64,000 nucleotides of DNA, taken from positions 2,633,322-2,697,321 of the forward strand of contig NZ_CP039543.1 in NCBI RefSeq assembly GCF_013085545.1, written 5' to 3'. Source of the stretch: Oceanidesulfovibrio marinus. GTDB lineage: Bacteria > Desulfobacterota > Desulfovibrionia > Desulfovibrionales > Desulfovibrionaceae. The notes under the pieces are model-generated. The model did no database searches, was not told the DNA's origin, and saw only the letters and a list, made by a program, of their open reading frames with translations. Positions 10,654 to 21,748 of this stretch are shown here, in pieces. Within the stretch, counting starts at the first letter, position 1; each line of letters begins with the position of its first letter. A program made the translations under genes and the position numbers.

Positions 10654-12096
10654 ATGAACGATATACTGATCTTTTCCCCGCACCTGGTGCTGACCCTGGG
10701 CATCCTGCTGTGCTTCGGGCTCGGCGTGGTCTTCAAATGGCCGCGGGGGCTCTACGCCATCACCCTGTGCGTGACGATCCTCGCCGGAACCATGGCCCTG
10801 CTCGCATACCCGGGTCCGCCGCCGGTCAACACGGGACTGCGCTCCATGCTGGCCACGGGACCCCTGTCGGCCTACTTCCTGCCGCTGCTGTGCGCCTTGA
10901 GCACGGTCATCCTCCTGCTGTTCGGCCCGTACCTCAAACGCGAAGGCCATGCGCACGAGGACGAGCTCTACGCCCTGTTCCTCTCAGCGCTGCTGGGCGG
11001 CCTGCTGCTCGCCGGCGGCCGGAGCTGGCTGGCATTCTTCCTGGGCCTGGAGCTCCTCTCCCTGCCGCTGTACGTGCTCATCGCGTTGCGCAAGACCGAC
11101 GCGGGCGGCAACGAAGCGTCCATGAAGTACTTCGCCATGGGCGCCACGGCCAGCGCCGTACTGCTCTTCGGCATCGCTCTGATCTATGCCGGCTCCGGCA
11201 CGTTGGACATCGCCGCGAGCCTGGGGCAACCGGAAGGCGCGGCCACTGTGCTGCTCGGCCTGGGCATGGTCATCGCCGGGCTGGCCTTCAAGCTTTCCAT
11301 CGCGCCGTTCCATCTCTGGGCGCCGGACGTGTACCGTGGCGCGCCCGCTCCGGTCGCCGCGCTGCTGACGTCGAGCGTCAAGGCCGCCGCCGCGGCCGGG
11401 CTGCTCCGTATCGCCCTGGCCATGAGCCCGCCTCTGGTCATGGACCCGCCGCTCTGGCCGGCCACCGTGCCCATGCTCTGGGCCCTGGCCGCCCTGACCA
11501 TGCTGGCTGCCAACCTGGCCGCCCTGGTCCAGACAAGCGTCAAGCGCATGCTCGGTTTCTCGTCGGCCGCGCACATGGGCTACATGCTCATGGGCATTCT
11601 CTGCGTACGCGAGGCCGGCCCGGGACCGGTGATGTACTACGCCGCGGCTCTGGCGGTGATGGATCTCGGGGCGTTCGGCGCGCTGACGCTGCTCGACTCG
11701 CAGAAGGACGTTGCTGTCGATTCTCTGGATTCTCTGCACGGCCTGGGCCGGGCGCGGCCATGGGCCGCCGCCTTGCTGGCCATCAGCCTGGCCGCACTTG
11801 CCGGCCTGCCGCCCACAGCCGGATTCACCGGCAAGCTGCTGCTCTTCCGCGCCACGCTCGTGGGGGGCTACGACTGGCTGGCCTTCATCGGCATCGCCGG
11901 CGCTGCCGTATCCGTGTTCTACTACCTCCGCGCCCTCGCCGCCCTGTACATCGAAGACACGCAAACGCGCTACAATGCCGAGCGGCTCATCGTCTCCAGC
12001 GGCGTCGCCGTCTTCCTGGTCATGGTCGCGTTGATTGGCCTCGGCCTGCTGCCCTCGCCTGTTCTGCACGCCGCCACACTGCTGCTGCATCCCTAG
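10654..12096 (+). CDS. nuoN: NADH-quinone oxidoreductase subunit N
   Basis: 480 aa antiporter-like subunit (FHLWAPDVYRGAPAPVAALL). Last gene of the plus-strand operon. Confidence 0.85.
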   Translation: MNDILIFSPHLVLTLGILLCFGLGVVFKWPRGLYAITLCVTILAGTMALLAYPGPPPVNTGLRSMLATGPLSAYFLPLLCALSTVILLLFGPYLKREGHAHEDELYALFLSALLGGLLLAGGRSWLAFFLGLELLSLPLYVLIALRKTDAGGNEASMKYFAMGATASAVLLFGIALIYAGSGTLDIAASLGQPEGAATVLLGLGMVIAGLAFKLSIAPFHLWAPDVYRGAPAPVAALLTSSVKAAAAAGLLRIALAMSPPLVMDPPLWPATVPMLWALAALTMLAANLAALVQTSVKRMLGFSSAAHMGYMLMGILCVREAGPGPVMYYAAALAVMDLGAFGALTLLDSQKDVAVDSLDSLHGLGRARPWAAALLAISLAALAGLPPTAGFTGKLLLFRATLVGGYDWLAFIGIAGAAVSVFYYLRALAALYIEDTQTRYNAERLIVSSGVAVFLVMVALIGLGLLPSPVLHAATLLLHP

Positions 12097-12168
12097 CTCT
12101 TCGGAGCTCTCCTTCCTGGCCTGCAACGGTTTTTCCTGCTCGTCCCGCTAGCATTGCATCGAAAAGGA

Positions 12169-12184
12169 GCGCGGATTTCCGCGC
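12169..12184 (+). terminator. Weak stem-loop (GCGCGG-ATTT-CCGCGC) downstream of nuoN
   Basis: 6-bp GC stem with 4-nt loop, about 70 nt after the nuoN stop, followed by a T-containing stretch. Modest terminator candidate. Confidence 0.3.
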
Positions 12185-12267
12185 CCTGCGTACCGCTCTG
12201 CTTTTGTTCTTCTGATTCGAGCTGTTGCCGTTTGTTTAGGTATTTTACGGGAAGGCGTGCATTTTTC

Positions 12268-12297
12268 TTGACTGGTTTCGAACAGATCGAGTAATAG
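12268..12297 (+). promoter_or_regulatory. Sigma70-like promoter candidate for the ROK regulator/polyol operon
   Basis: TTGACT, 18-nt spacer, TAATAG inside an unusually AT-rich 180-bp stretch (12230-12410) in an otherwise about 63% GC window. About 118 nt upstream of the ROK start. Confidence 0.35.
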
Positions 12298-12317
12298 TTA
12301 AACTAAACTTAGTTAAA
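12298..12317. promoter_or_regulatory. Imperfect AT-rich palindrome (TTAAACTAAA/CTTAGTTAAA), operator candidate
   Basis: 8/10 inverted-repeat match, immediately downstream of the putative -10. AT-rich palindromes are the usual ROK/NagC-type operator form. Confidence 0.3.
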
Positions 12318-12414
12318 TTAAATATCTTACTGAAATAGCGTTGATGTCGCTGTCTTGGGAATGACGTAATGGAACTAATTTTAGTAATTATGCTGTGGGT
12401 TTTCATGGGAGCGC

Positions 12415-13617
12415 ATGGTTCCGATGCCTAAAAAACCACCAGTCCCCGAGTTCCTGCCCCGCTACAACGAGCGGCGGGTGCTCCAGGTAGTCCGCCGTAT
12501 GGGCGAAGCCTCCAAGGCGGATCTTGCGAGGCAGACCAATCTGACCAACACGGCGGTCGGCTCCATAGTTTCCACCCTGCACAACAAAAACCTGCTCAAG
12601 ATCTCCGGCAAGCGGCACGACGGCCAGCGCGGCCAGCCCGCGACCCTCTACCAGCTCGAACCCGAAGGCGCCTTCAGCATCGGCGTCCGGGTCGACCGGA
12701 ACTTCATCCAGACCATCCTCATCGACTTCGAGGGCACGGTGCTTTCGCGCCTGTCACACGAGCTGATACTGCCAAAGCCGGAAACAGCTTTGCAAATCAT
12801 CCTCGACGATGTAAATTTGTTATTGGATAACCTTTCGCAAATTCAGCGCCGCCGCCTGTCAGGCATCGGCCTTGCGCAGCCGTACAACCTGGACAGCTGG
12901 CTGATTGAGCTCTCACTGCCGCACGAGGACTTCAGCCAATGGAGAACGTACAATCTTGCAGAGCAGATAGAGGATGCCACCTCGATTCCCGTGAGCTGCG
13001 AAAACGACGTCACGGCAGCCTCCATCGCGGAGCTCTTCTATGGCGTGGGCCGGGAGATCGACGACTATACCTATGTGTTCCTCGGTCCCGGCATAGGCGG
13101 AGCCATCGTTATCAATGGCGAATCAATACGCGGCTCCAACGGCAACGCCGGCGACATCGGCCTGATGCCCGTGCCGCCCGCGGGCCTTTCTTCCGCACCA
13201 AAGCCCAAGGGCGAGTGGGACATCCTGCTCAATCGGGCTTCGATCAATACGCTTATCCGCCACCTCCACGCCAGCGGCCACGAGGTACTTTCCTTCGACG
13301 ACGTCAACGTTCTGGTCAGCGGCCAGGACGCCGCCGTCAACGAGTGGATGGACGACTGCGTTACGGCGCTCGCACCTGTGATCTGGTCGTCCACGGCCCT
13401 GCTGGACAGCCCGGTGGTGGTGTTCGGCACGGACCTGAACAACGCATTCATCAGCCAGGTCATAGCAAAGCTGGAACGGGAGCTGGAATCTACAGCGCCG
13501 GAAGCGAGAACGCCTCCCACGTTGTTGCCCGGCTCATTCGGAAGCGATGCGGAAGCAATGGGCGCGGCCAACCTTCCGTTCTTCTACCACTTCTCCACAC
13601 AAAACCACGCCGTGTGA
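12415..13617 (+). CDS. ROK-family transcriptional regulator (NagC/Mlc/XylR-like)
   Basis: 400 aa. N-terminal winged-helix (RVLQVVRRMGEASKADLARQTNLTNTAVGSIVSTL) followed by a ROK sugar-kinase-like domain (Gly-rich ATPase-fold motifs). Confidence 0.8.
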   Translation: MVPMPKKPPVPEFLPRYNERRVLQVVRRMGEASKADLARQTNLTNTAVGSIVSTLHNKNLLKISGKRHDGQRGQPATLYQLEPEGAFSIGVRVDRNFIQTILIDFEGTVLSRLSHELILPKPETALQIILDDVNLLLDNLSQIQRRRLSGIGLAQPYNLDSWLIELSLPHEDFSQWRTYNLAEQIEDATSIPVSCENDVTAASIAELFYGVGREIDDYTYVFLGPGIGGAIVINGESIRGSNGNAGDIGLMPVPPAGLSSAPKPKGEWDILLNRASINTLIRHLHASGHEVLSFDDVNVLVSGQDAAVNEWMDDCVTALAPVIWSSTALLDSPVVVFGTDLNNAFISQVIAKLERELESTAPEARTPPTLLPGSFGSDAEAMGAANLPFFYHFSTQNHAV

Positions 13618-13790
13618 AGATATCATCTACAAGAGGAAGAGACACACAGAGATACAACAATCGTTGCACACATACCGTCGTGACGCGCAGTTTGGCTTGA
13701 ATAAACCGGAGTGCTTGCCGTGTAACAAAATACCAATCCAATGGTTTTTACACCACGGACCAAACTCACCCAAACTCAGGAGGAAGCATC

Positions 13791-15110
13791 ATGTATCGGA
13801 GGATTTTGTCTTTGTTCGCAATCGCGGGCATGCTCCTGGCAACGTGCAGTGTCCTTCATGCAGAGACCACGATCACGATCGCCACGGTCAACAACGGCGA
13901 CATGATCCGGATGCAAAAACTTGCAGATGATTTCACCTCCAAGAACCCGGACATCAAGCTGGACTGGGTCACGCTGGAAGAAAACGTTCTCCGCCAGCGC
14001 GTCACCACGGACATCGCCACCAAGGGCGGCCAGTACGATGTGATGACCATCGGCAACTACGAGGCTCCGATCTGGGCCGAGCGCGGCTGGCTGCTCCCCC
14101 TGAACGACCTGGGCGCCGACTACGACGTGGACGATCTGCTGCCCTCCATCCGCAGCGCCCTCACCTACGACGGCACCCTGTACGCTGCGCCTTTCTACGG
14201 CGAGAGCGCCATGGTGATGTACCGCACGGACCTGTTCAAGAAGGCCGGTCTGGAAATGCCCAAAGAGCCGACCTGGACCTTTATCGGCGACGCGGCGCGG
14301 AAGATCACGGACAAGGACAACGAAATCTACGGCATCTGCCTGCGCGGCAAGGCCGGCTGGGGCGAAAACATGGCGCTCCTTACAGCCATGGCCGACTCCT
14401 TCGGCGCCAAGTGGTTCGACATGAACTGGCAGCCGCAGCTGGACAGCCAGGCCTGGAAAGACACTCTGACCTTTTATGTGGACCTGATGAAGGACGCCGG
14501 CCCGGTGGGTGCGTCCTCCAACGGCTTCAACGAGAACCTGGCGCTCTTCCAGTCCGGCAAGTGCGGCATGTGGATCGACGCCACGGTGGCCGCTTCCTTT
14601 GTGACCAACCCCAAGGAGTCCCAGGTGGCGGACGAGGTCGGCTTCGCCCTCGCTCCGGACAACGGCCTGGGCAAGCGCACCAACTGGCTGTGGTCGTGGA
14701 ACCTGGCCATTCCGGCCGGCACCAAGAAGGAAGAGGCAGCCAAGAAGTTCATCGCCTGGGCTACCTCCAAGGACTATCTGAAGATGGTTGCCGAAAAGGA
14801 AGGCTGGGCCAACGTTCCGCCCGGAACCCGCACCTCGCTGTACGAGAACCCGAAGTACAAGGAGGCGGCTCCGTTCGCGCAGATGACCCTGGAAAGCATC
14901 AACTCCGCCGACCCCATGAACCCCACGGTGGACAAGGTGCCGTACGTTGGCGCGCAGTTTGTGGCCATTCCGGAGTTCCAGTCCATCGGCACGGCTGTGG
15001 GCCAGCAGTTCTCCGCTGCTCTCGCCGGCTCCATCTCCGTGGACCAGGCTCTGGAAAACTCCCAGCGTTTCGCCGAGCGCGAGATGAAGAAGGCAGGATA
15101 CATCAAGTAG
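13791..15110 (+). CDS. Polyol (sorbitol/mannitol-type) ABC transporter substrate-binding protein
   Basis: 439 aa with signal peptide (MYRRILSLFAIAGMLLATCSVLHA). Family-1 extracellular solute-binding protein with high similarity to SmoE/MtlE-type polyol binders. Confidence 0.85.
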   Translation: MYRRILSLFAIAGMLLATCSVLHAETTITIATVNNGDMIRMQKLADDFTSKNPDIKLDWVTLEENVLRQRVTTDIATKGGQYDVMTIGNYEAPIWAERGWLLPLNDLGADYDVDDLLPSIRSALTYDGTLYAAPFYGESAMVMYRTDLFKKAGLEMPKEPTWTFIGDAARKITDKDNEIYGICLRGKAGWGENMALLTAMADSFGAKWFDMNWQPQLDSQAWKDTLTFYVDLMKDAGPVGASSNGFNENLALFQSGKCGMWIDATVAASFVTNPKESQVADEVGFALAPDNGLGKRTNWLWSWNLAIPAGTKKEEAAKKFIAWATSKDYLKMVAEKEGWANVPPGTRTSLYENPKYKEAAPFAQMTLESINSADPMNPTVDKVPYVGAQFVAIPEFQSIGTAVGQQFSAALAGSISVDQALENSQRFAEREMKKAGYIK

Positions 15111-15184
15111 CGTGATCCGCACCCGGCGGGCCGGCCAGCCCGGCCCGCCGGCAGCTTTTCCACCAAGTACCGGAGACAAGCAAT

Positions 15185-16057
15185 ATGGCCACTGCGCATT
15201 CAAAACGTATTGCCCGGCTCATGATCTCCCCATCCGTGCTGTTGCTGTTCGCCTGGATGATCATCCCGCTTGCAATGACAGTCTACTTCTCATTCCTGCA
15301 CTACAACCTCTTGATGCCGGGAATGCACGAGTGGATCGGCTTCACCAACTACGAGTATTTCCTGACCGATCCGGCTTTCTTTGCAGCGATGAAGAACACC
15401 CTGCTGCTGGTCGGCGGGGTGCTGGTGATCACCACGGTGGGAGGAGTCGCACTGGCCACCCTTCTGAACATGCCGCTCTGGGGGCAGGGCATTCTGCGCA
15501 TCCTGTTCATCGCCCCTTTCTTCATCATGCCCACGGTCTCGGCCCTGGTGTGGAAGAACATGTTCATGAACCCCGTGAACGGCCTCTTCGCCCACATCGC
15601 AAAGTTTCTGGGCCTGGCGCCGTTCGATTTCCTGGCCCAGGCGCCGCTCCTCTCCATTATCATCATCGTTGCCTGGATGTGGCTGCCCTTTGCCACGCTC
15701 ATCCTGCTCACCGCGCTCCAGTCTTTGGACCAGGAGCAGCTGGAAGCGGCGGAGATGGACGGCGCCGGCGCCGTGAAGCGCTTTATCCACGTGGTCCTGC
15801 CCCACATCATGCGGGCGATCACCGTCGTGATCCTCATCCAGACGATCTTCCTGCTGTCGATCTTTGCGGAAATCCTGGTGACCACCAACGGCGGCCCCGG
15901 CTACGCGTCCACAAACCTCACCTACCTCGTCTACGTGCAGTCCCTGCTGCAGTTCGACGTGGGCGGCGGCTCGGCCGGCGGCATCATCGCGGTTATCCTG
16001 GCCAACATCGTGGCCATCTTCCTCATGCGAATGATCGGCAAGAACCTGGAGGCGTAA
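15185..16057 (+). CDS. Polyol ABC transporter permease (SmoF/MtlF-like)
   Basis: 290 aa, 6 TM, MalF/CUT1-type EAA loop region. Confidence 0.85.
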   Translation: MATAHSKRIARLMISPSVLLLFAWMIIPLAMTVYFSFLHYNLLMPGMHEWIGFTNYEYFLTDPAFFAAMKNTLLLVGGVLVITTVGGVALATLLNMPLWGQGILRILFIAPFFIMPTVSALVWKNMFMNPVNGLFAHIAKFLGLAPFDFLAQAPLLSIIIIVAWMWLPFATLILLTALQSLDQEQLEAAEMDGAGAVKRFIHVVLPHIMRAITVVILIQTIFLLSIFAEILVTTNGGPGYASTNLTYLVYVQSLLQFDVGGGSAGGIIAVILANIVAIFLMRMIGKNLEA

Positions 16058-16060
16058 CGC

Positions 16061-16891
16061 ATGGCACGCGATATTCCCATTTCCAGAAAGGCGCTGTTCT
16101 CGGCCCTGGCGTGGATCATCGGGATACTGATCTTCTTCCCCATCTTCTGGACCATACTCACCAGCTTCAAGACGGAGCTCGAAGCCATTGCCTCGCCCCC
16201 GGCGCTCTTCAACTTCCACTGGACGCTGGAGAACTACGTGGAAGTGCAGTCGCGCTCCAACTACTTCCTGCACTTCGCCAACTCGGTCATCATCTCGCTG
16301 GGGTCCACCATCCTGGGGCTGATCATCGCCATTCCCGGCGCGTGGGCCATGGCCTTCGTACCCGGCAAGCGCACCAACGGCACGCTGATGTGGATGCTCT
16401 CCACCAAGATGCTGCCGCCCGTGGGCGTGCTCATTCCCATCTACCTGATCTTCCGGGACACCGGCCTGCTGGATACGCGCACCGGCCTGGTCATCGTGCT
16501 CACGCTGATCAACCTGCCGATCATCATCTGGATGCTCTACACCTACTTCAAGGAGATTCCCGGCGAGATTCTGGAGGCCGCGCGCATGGACGGCGCCTCG
16601 CTCAAGGCGGAGATCATCCACGTGCTCACGCCCATGGCCGTGCCGGGCATCGCATCAACCCTGCTTCTCAACGTCATCCTCGCCTGGAACGAAGCCTTCT
16701 GGACCCTCAATCTGACGGCGGCCAAGGCTGCGCCGCTCACGGCGTTCATCGCCAGCTACTCCAGTCCGGAAGGCTTGTTCTACGCCAAGCTCAGTGCCGC
16801 CTCGACCATGGCCATCGCACCCATCCTGATTCTGGGCTGGTTCAGCCAGAAGCAGCTGGTACGCGGCTTAACCTTTGGTGCGGTGAAATAG
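16061..16891 (+). CDS. Polyol ABC transporter permease (SmoG/MtlG-like)
   Basis: 276 aa, 6 TM MalG-type permease directly after the first permease. Confidence 0.85.
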   Translation: MARDIPISRKALFSALAWIIGILIFFPIFWTILTSFKTELEAIASPPALFNFHWTLENYVEVQSRSNYFLHFANSVIISLGSTILGLIIAIPGAWAMAFVPGKRTNGTLMWMLSTKMLPPVGVLIPIYLIFRDTGLLDTRTGLVIVLTLINLPIIIWMLYTYFKEIPGEILEAARMDGASLKAEIIHVLTPMAVPGIASTLLLNVILAWNEAFWTLNLTAAKAAPLTAFIASYSSPEGLFYAKLSAASTMAIAPILILGWFSQKQLVRGLTFGAVK

Positions 16892-16901
16892 GAGAGACCC
16901 C

Positions 16902-17899
<998 letters not shown>

Positions 17900-17903
<4 letters not shown>

Positions 17904-18673
17904 AACGCCTTGAAGGAAAGACAGCCATCATAACCGGAGCGGCCCGCGGCATCGGCAAGGCGTTCGCCACAGCGTACGTCCGCGAGGGCGCAACCGTGGC
18001 CATTGCCGACATCAACATTGAGCGCGCACAAGAGACCGCGGCCGAGATCGGCCCCCAGGCCTATGCGGTCCAACTGGACGTGACCGACCAGGCATCCATC
18101 GACGCCGCGGTCAAGACCGTGGAGGAGCGCTCCGGCGGCATCGACATTCTCATCAACAACGCGGCCCTGTTCGATCTCGCGCCCATCGTCGAGATCACCC
18201 GCGCGAGCTATGACAAGCTCTTCGCCGTCAACGTCTCCGGCACCCTGTTCATGCTCCAGGCCGTGGCCAGATCCATGATCGCCCGCGGCAAGGGCGGCAA
18301 GATAATCAACATGGCCAGCCAGGCCGGCCGCCGCGGCGAGCCCCTGGTGGCCATCTACTGCGCCACCAAGGCAGCGGTCATCAGCATCACCCAGTCCGCC
18401 GGCCTGAACCTGATCCAGCACGGCATCAACGTGAACGCCATCGCGCCCGGCGTTGTGGACGGCGAGCACTGGGACGGTGTAGACGCCCTCTTCGCCAGGT
18501 ACGAGAACCGCCCCCTCGGCGAGAAGAAGAAGCTCGTCGGCAAGGAGGTGCCTTTCGGACGCATGGGCACGGCCGAGGACCTGACCGGCATGGCCGTGTT
18601 CCTGGCCAGCGCCGAGGCCGAGTACATCGTGGCCCAGACGTACAACGTTGACGGCGGAAACTGGATGAGCTGA
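17900..18673 (+). CDS. Short-chain dehydrogenase, sorbitol dehydrogenase-like (SmoS-type)
   Basis: 257 aa classical SDR: [10 protein letters not shown] cofactor motif, catalytic YxxxK (YCATK). Start overlaps the ATPase stop. Confidence 0.8.
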
Positions 18674-18695
18674 ACCTGAGAAGGAAAAAGATACC

Positions 18696-20174
18696 ATGAC
18701 TATCAAACTGAGCAACGCGACACTGGCGGACATCGGCGGCTCCGTGGCCACCCCCGGCTACGACCGGAGCAAACTGACGGCCGGCATCCTCCACTTCGGC
18801 GTGGGCAACTTCCATCGCGCCCACCAGGCCATTTACCTGGACGACCTCTTCAACCTCGGCAAGGACCTGGACTTCGCCATCATCGGCGCCGGCGTCATGG
18901 ACTTCGACCACGCCATGCGCGAAAAGCTCGCCGCGCAGGACTTCCTGACCACGGTGGTGGATCAGTCCGCGAGCCGATCCGAGGCCCGCGTCACCGGCTC
19001 CATGGTCGGATACCTGCCACCGCAGAACGTCGAAGCCATTGTCGAGAAGATGTGCGACCCGGCCATCCGCATCGTCTCCCTCACCGTCACCGAGGGCGGC
19101 TACTTCATCAACCCGGCCACAGGCGAGTTCGACCCCACTTACCCGGCCATCGCCCAGGACGGCGCCAATCCGGACGCCCCCAAGACTGTGTTCGGCCTGA
19201 TCATCGCCGGCCTCAAGGCGCGTCGCGACAAGGGCGTGCAGCCCTTCACCGTAATGTCCTGCGACAACCTGCCCCACAACGGCAAAGTCGCCCGCAGCGC
19301 CGTTGTCGGCTTGGCCCGGCTATCAGATTCCGCATTCGCCGACTGGATCGACGCCAACGTGGCCTTCCCTAACGCCATGGTGGACCGCATCACCCCGGCA
19401 ACCAGCGACCGCGAGCGCCGCATCGTGGCTGAGGAGTTCGACATCGAGGACGCCATGCCGGTCTTTTGCGAGGACTTCAAACAATGGGTGCTCGAAGACA
19501 ACTTCCCGGCCGGACGCCCGGCCCTGGAAGAGGTCGGCGTGCAGTTCGTGCCGGACGTCACGCCGTACGAGAACATGAAGATCCGCATCCTCAACGGCGG
19601 CCACGCCGTCATCGCCTACCCCGGCGGGCTCATGGACATCGAGTTCGCGCACGAGGCCATGGAAAACACGCTCATCCGCGCCTTCCTGGACAAGGTGGAG
19701 AACGAGGAGATCATCCCCATCGTGCCACCCGTGCCGGATACCGACCTCCAGGACTACTACGCGCTCATCGCCCGGCGCTTCGCCAACCCCAAGATCGGCG
19801 ACACCATCCGCCGGCTTTGCCTGGACGGCTCCAACCGCCAGCCCAAGTTCATCATCCCGTCCATCGCGGACAACCTGAAGCAGGGCCGCGACATCACCGG
19901 CCTGGCCCTGGAGTCCGCCCTGTGGTGCCGTTACTGCTACGGCGTCACGGACTCGGGCGCGACGATCGAGCCCAACGACCCGAGCTGGGACCGCTTGCAG
20001 CAGCAGGCCCAGAAGGCCAAGGACAACCCGGCGGCATGGCTGGAGATGCGGGATATCTACGGGACAACTGCGGACGCGCCCGCCTTTGTGGAGCAGTTCA
20101 CGGCCTGGCTGAACAGGCTCTGGGCCGACGGCGCGGAAAAGACCCTGCAGCACTATCTTGCAGGCGACAGGTAA
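18696..20174 (+). CDS. Long-chain mannitol 2-dehydrogenase family (mannitol/D-arabinitol dehydrogenase)
   Basis: 492 aa. N-terminal LHFGVGNFHRAHQAIY Rossmann motif typical of the MtlK/DalD/UxuB family. Confidence 0.85.
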   Translation: MTIKLSNATLADIGGSVATPGYDRSKLTAGILHFGVGNFHRAHQAIYLDDLFNLGKDLDFAIIGAGVMDFDHAMREKLAAQDFLTTVVDQSASRSEARVTGSMVGYLPPQNVEAIVEKMCDPAIRIVSLTVTEGGYFINPATGEFDPTYPAIAQDGANPDAPKTVFGLIIAGLKARRDKGVQPFTVMSCDNLPHNGKVARSAVVGLARLSDSAFADWIDANVAFPNAMVDRITPATSDRERRIVAEEFDIEDAMPVFCEDFKQWVLEDNFPAGRPALEEVGVQFVPDVTPYENMKIRILNGGHAVIAYPGGLMDIEFAHEAMENTLIRAFLDKVENEEIIPIVPPVPDTDLQDYYALIARRFANPKIGDTIRRLCLDGSNRQPKFIIPSIADNLKQGRDITGLALESALWCRYCYGVTDSGATIEPNDPSWDRLQQQAQKAKDNPAAWLEMRDIYGTTADAPAFVEQFTAWLNRLWADGAEKTLQHYLAGDR

Positions 20175-20180
20175 ATCGCC

Positions 20181-21674
20181 ATGTACATGGGCGTTGATTG
20201 CGGCACCCAGGGGACCAAGGTGGTCATCCTCGACCCGGAGCAGGGCACAATTCGCGGCGAGGGTTATGCCGCACACCAGATGATCAGCGGTCCGGGCGGC
20301 CGGCGGGAGCAGGAGCCGGAGTGGTGGGTCGACGGTCTGCGGGAAGCGTACCGCAAGGCCATCGATGCGGCCGGCGTGGACAGCCGGTCTATCCGCGCAA
20401 TAGGCGTCTCCGGCCAGCAGCACGGCTTGGTCGCGCTGAACAACAACGGCGAGGTCATCCGCCCGGCAAAGCTGTGGTGCGACACGGAAACCGCCCCCCA
20501 GAACGCGGACCTGCTGCGCCTGATGGGGGGCCACGCCGGCTCCATGGACACGCTCGGCCTGGTGGTCGCCACCGGCTACACCCTGTCCAAGCTGCTCTGG
20601 CTCAAACAGAACGAGCCGGACAGCTTCGCGGCCATCGCCCACATCCTGCTGCCCCACGACTACCTCAACTACTGGCTCACCGGAAACATCGTGGCCGAGT
20701 ATGGCGACAGCTCCGGCACCGGGTACTTCGATATCCGCGAGCGGCGCTGGGTTCCGGAGGTGCTGGCGCTGATCGACCCGGACGGCGGCCTGGAGCGCGC
20801 CCTGCCGCCCCTCATCGAGGCGCAGGAGCCAGCGGGCACGGTGCGCCAGGCGGTCGCTTCCGAGCTGGGCCTGTCCGGCGACGTCCTGGTATCCAGCGGC
20901 GGTGGCGACAACATGATGGGCGCCATCGGCACCGGCAACATCGATGACGGCGTCATCACCATGAGCCTGGGCACGTCCGGCGCGATCTATGGCTTTTCCG
21001 GCAGCGCGCCGCACCATCATGAAGCGCTGGTGGCTCCGTTCTGCTCGTCCAGCAACGGCTGGCTGCCGCTGATCTGCACCATGAATCTGACCGGGGTGGC
21101 CAACGCCGTGCGCGAATCGTTCGGTTTCGACATCGCTGCCTTCGAACAGCACGCGGCGCGAGCTCCCATCGGGGCGGAGGGCATCACCATGCTGCCGTTC
21201 TTCAACGGCGAGCGTGTGCCGGCTCTGCCGGACGCCAGCGGCACGCTGCTGGGCCTGACCGTGCAGAACTACACGCCGGCGAACCTCTGCCGCGCCGCTT
21301 ACGAAGGCCCCACCTTCGGCCTGCGCTACGGCCTGGACCTTTTGCGCGGCATCGGCATGAAGAGCCGCGACATCCGCCTCATCGGCGGTGGTGCAAAGAG
21401 TCTGTTCTGGCGGCAGCTCGTCTGCGACATCATGGACACACCGGTAGTCTGCCCGGAGGTGGTGGAGGCGGCCGCCCTGGGCGGCGCAATCCAGGCCGCC
21501 TGGTGCGACAGCCATGCGAGGGGAGACGGCGCGTCCCTGGCCGAGCTCTGCAAGCGATTCGTGGCCCTGGACGAGTCCAGCGCCGTCACGCCGGATGCGG
21601 AGTCCGTGGCCGCCTATCAGCATGCGTACTCCACCTACAGATCCCGGCTCTCGGCCCTGCATGACGTGGCGTGA
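20181..21674 (+). CDS. FGGY-family carbohydrate kinase, xylulokinase-like
   Basis: 497 aa. N-terminal MYMGVDCGTQGTKVVILD FGGY motif. Position in the polyol operon analogous to mtlY (xylulose kinase) of Pseudomonas mtl operons. Confidence 0.8.
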   Translation: MYMGVDCGTQGTKVVILDPEQGTIRGEGYAAHQMISGPGGRREQEPEWWVDGLREAYRKAIDAAGVDSRSIRAIGVSGQQHGLVALNNNGEVIRPAKLWCDTETAPQNADLLRLMGGHAGSMDTLGLVVATGYTLSKLLWLKQNEPDSFAAIAHILLPHDYLNYWLTGNIVAEYGDSSGTGYFDIRERRWVPEVLALIDPDGGLERALPPLIEAQEPAGTVRQAVASELGLSGDVLVSSGGGDNMMGAIGTGNIDDGVITMSLGTSGAIYGFSGSAPHHHEALVAPFCSSSNGWLPLICTMNLTGVANAVRESFGFDIAAFEQHAARAPIGAEGITMLPFFNGERVPALPDASGTLLGLTVQNYTPANLCRAAYEGPTFGLRYGLDLLRGIGMKSRDIRLIGGGAKSLFWRQLVCDIMDTPVVCPEVVEAAALGGAIQAAWCDSHARGDGASLAELCKRFVALDESSAVTPDAESVAAYQHAYSTYRSRLSALHDVA

Positions 21675-21748
21675 TCGCGGAAAAACTGAATAGGATGCGG
21701 CGGCACATCTGCTGACACAGACCTACACCTTGCAACATCAAGGGAACT

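Noticed and set aside
9471-12126. Minus-strand ORFs 9471..10736 (421 aa) and 10984..12126 (380 aa) antisense to nuoM/nuoN
   Set aside because: Antisense to conserved membrane-subunit genes. Gln/Gly/Arg/His-rich nonsense translations.
12230-12410. Considered an IS end or integration scar at the AT-rich segment before the polyol island
   Set aside because: No inverted repeats, direct repeats or integrase/tRNA nearby. More parsimoniously a promoter/operator region (sigma70-like hexamers plus AT palindrome).
19323-21662. 779-aa minus-strand ORF antisense to mannitol dehydrogenase and xylulokinase
   Set aside because: Overlaps two well-supported plus-strand genes. Translation has no domain-like pattern and extreme Ala/Gly/Arg/Val bias. 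GC-driven artefact.
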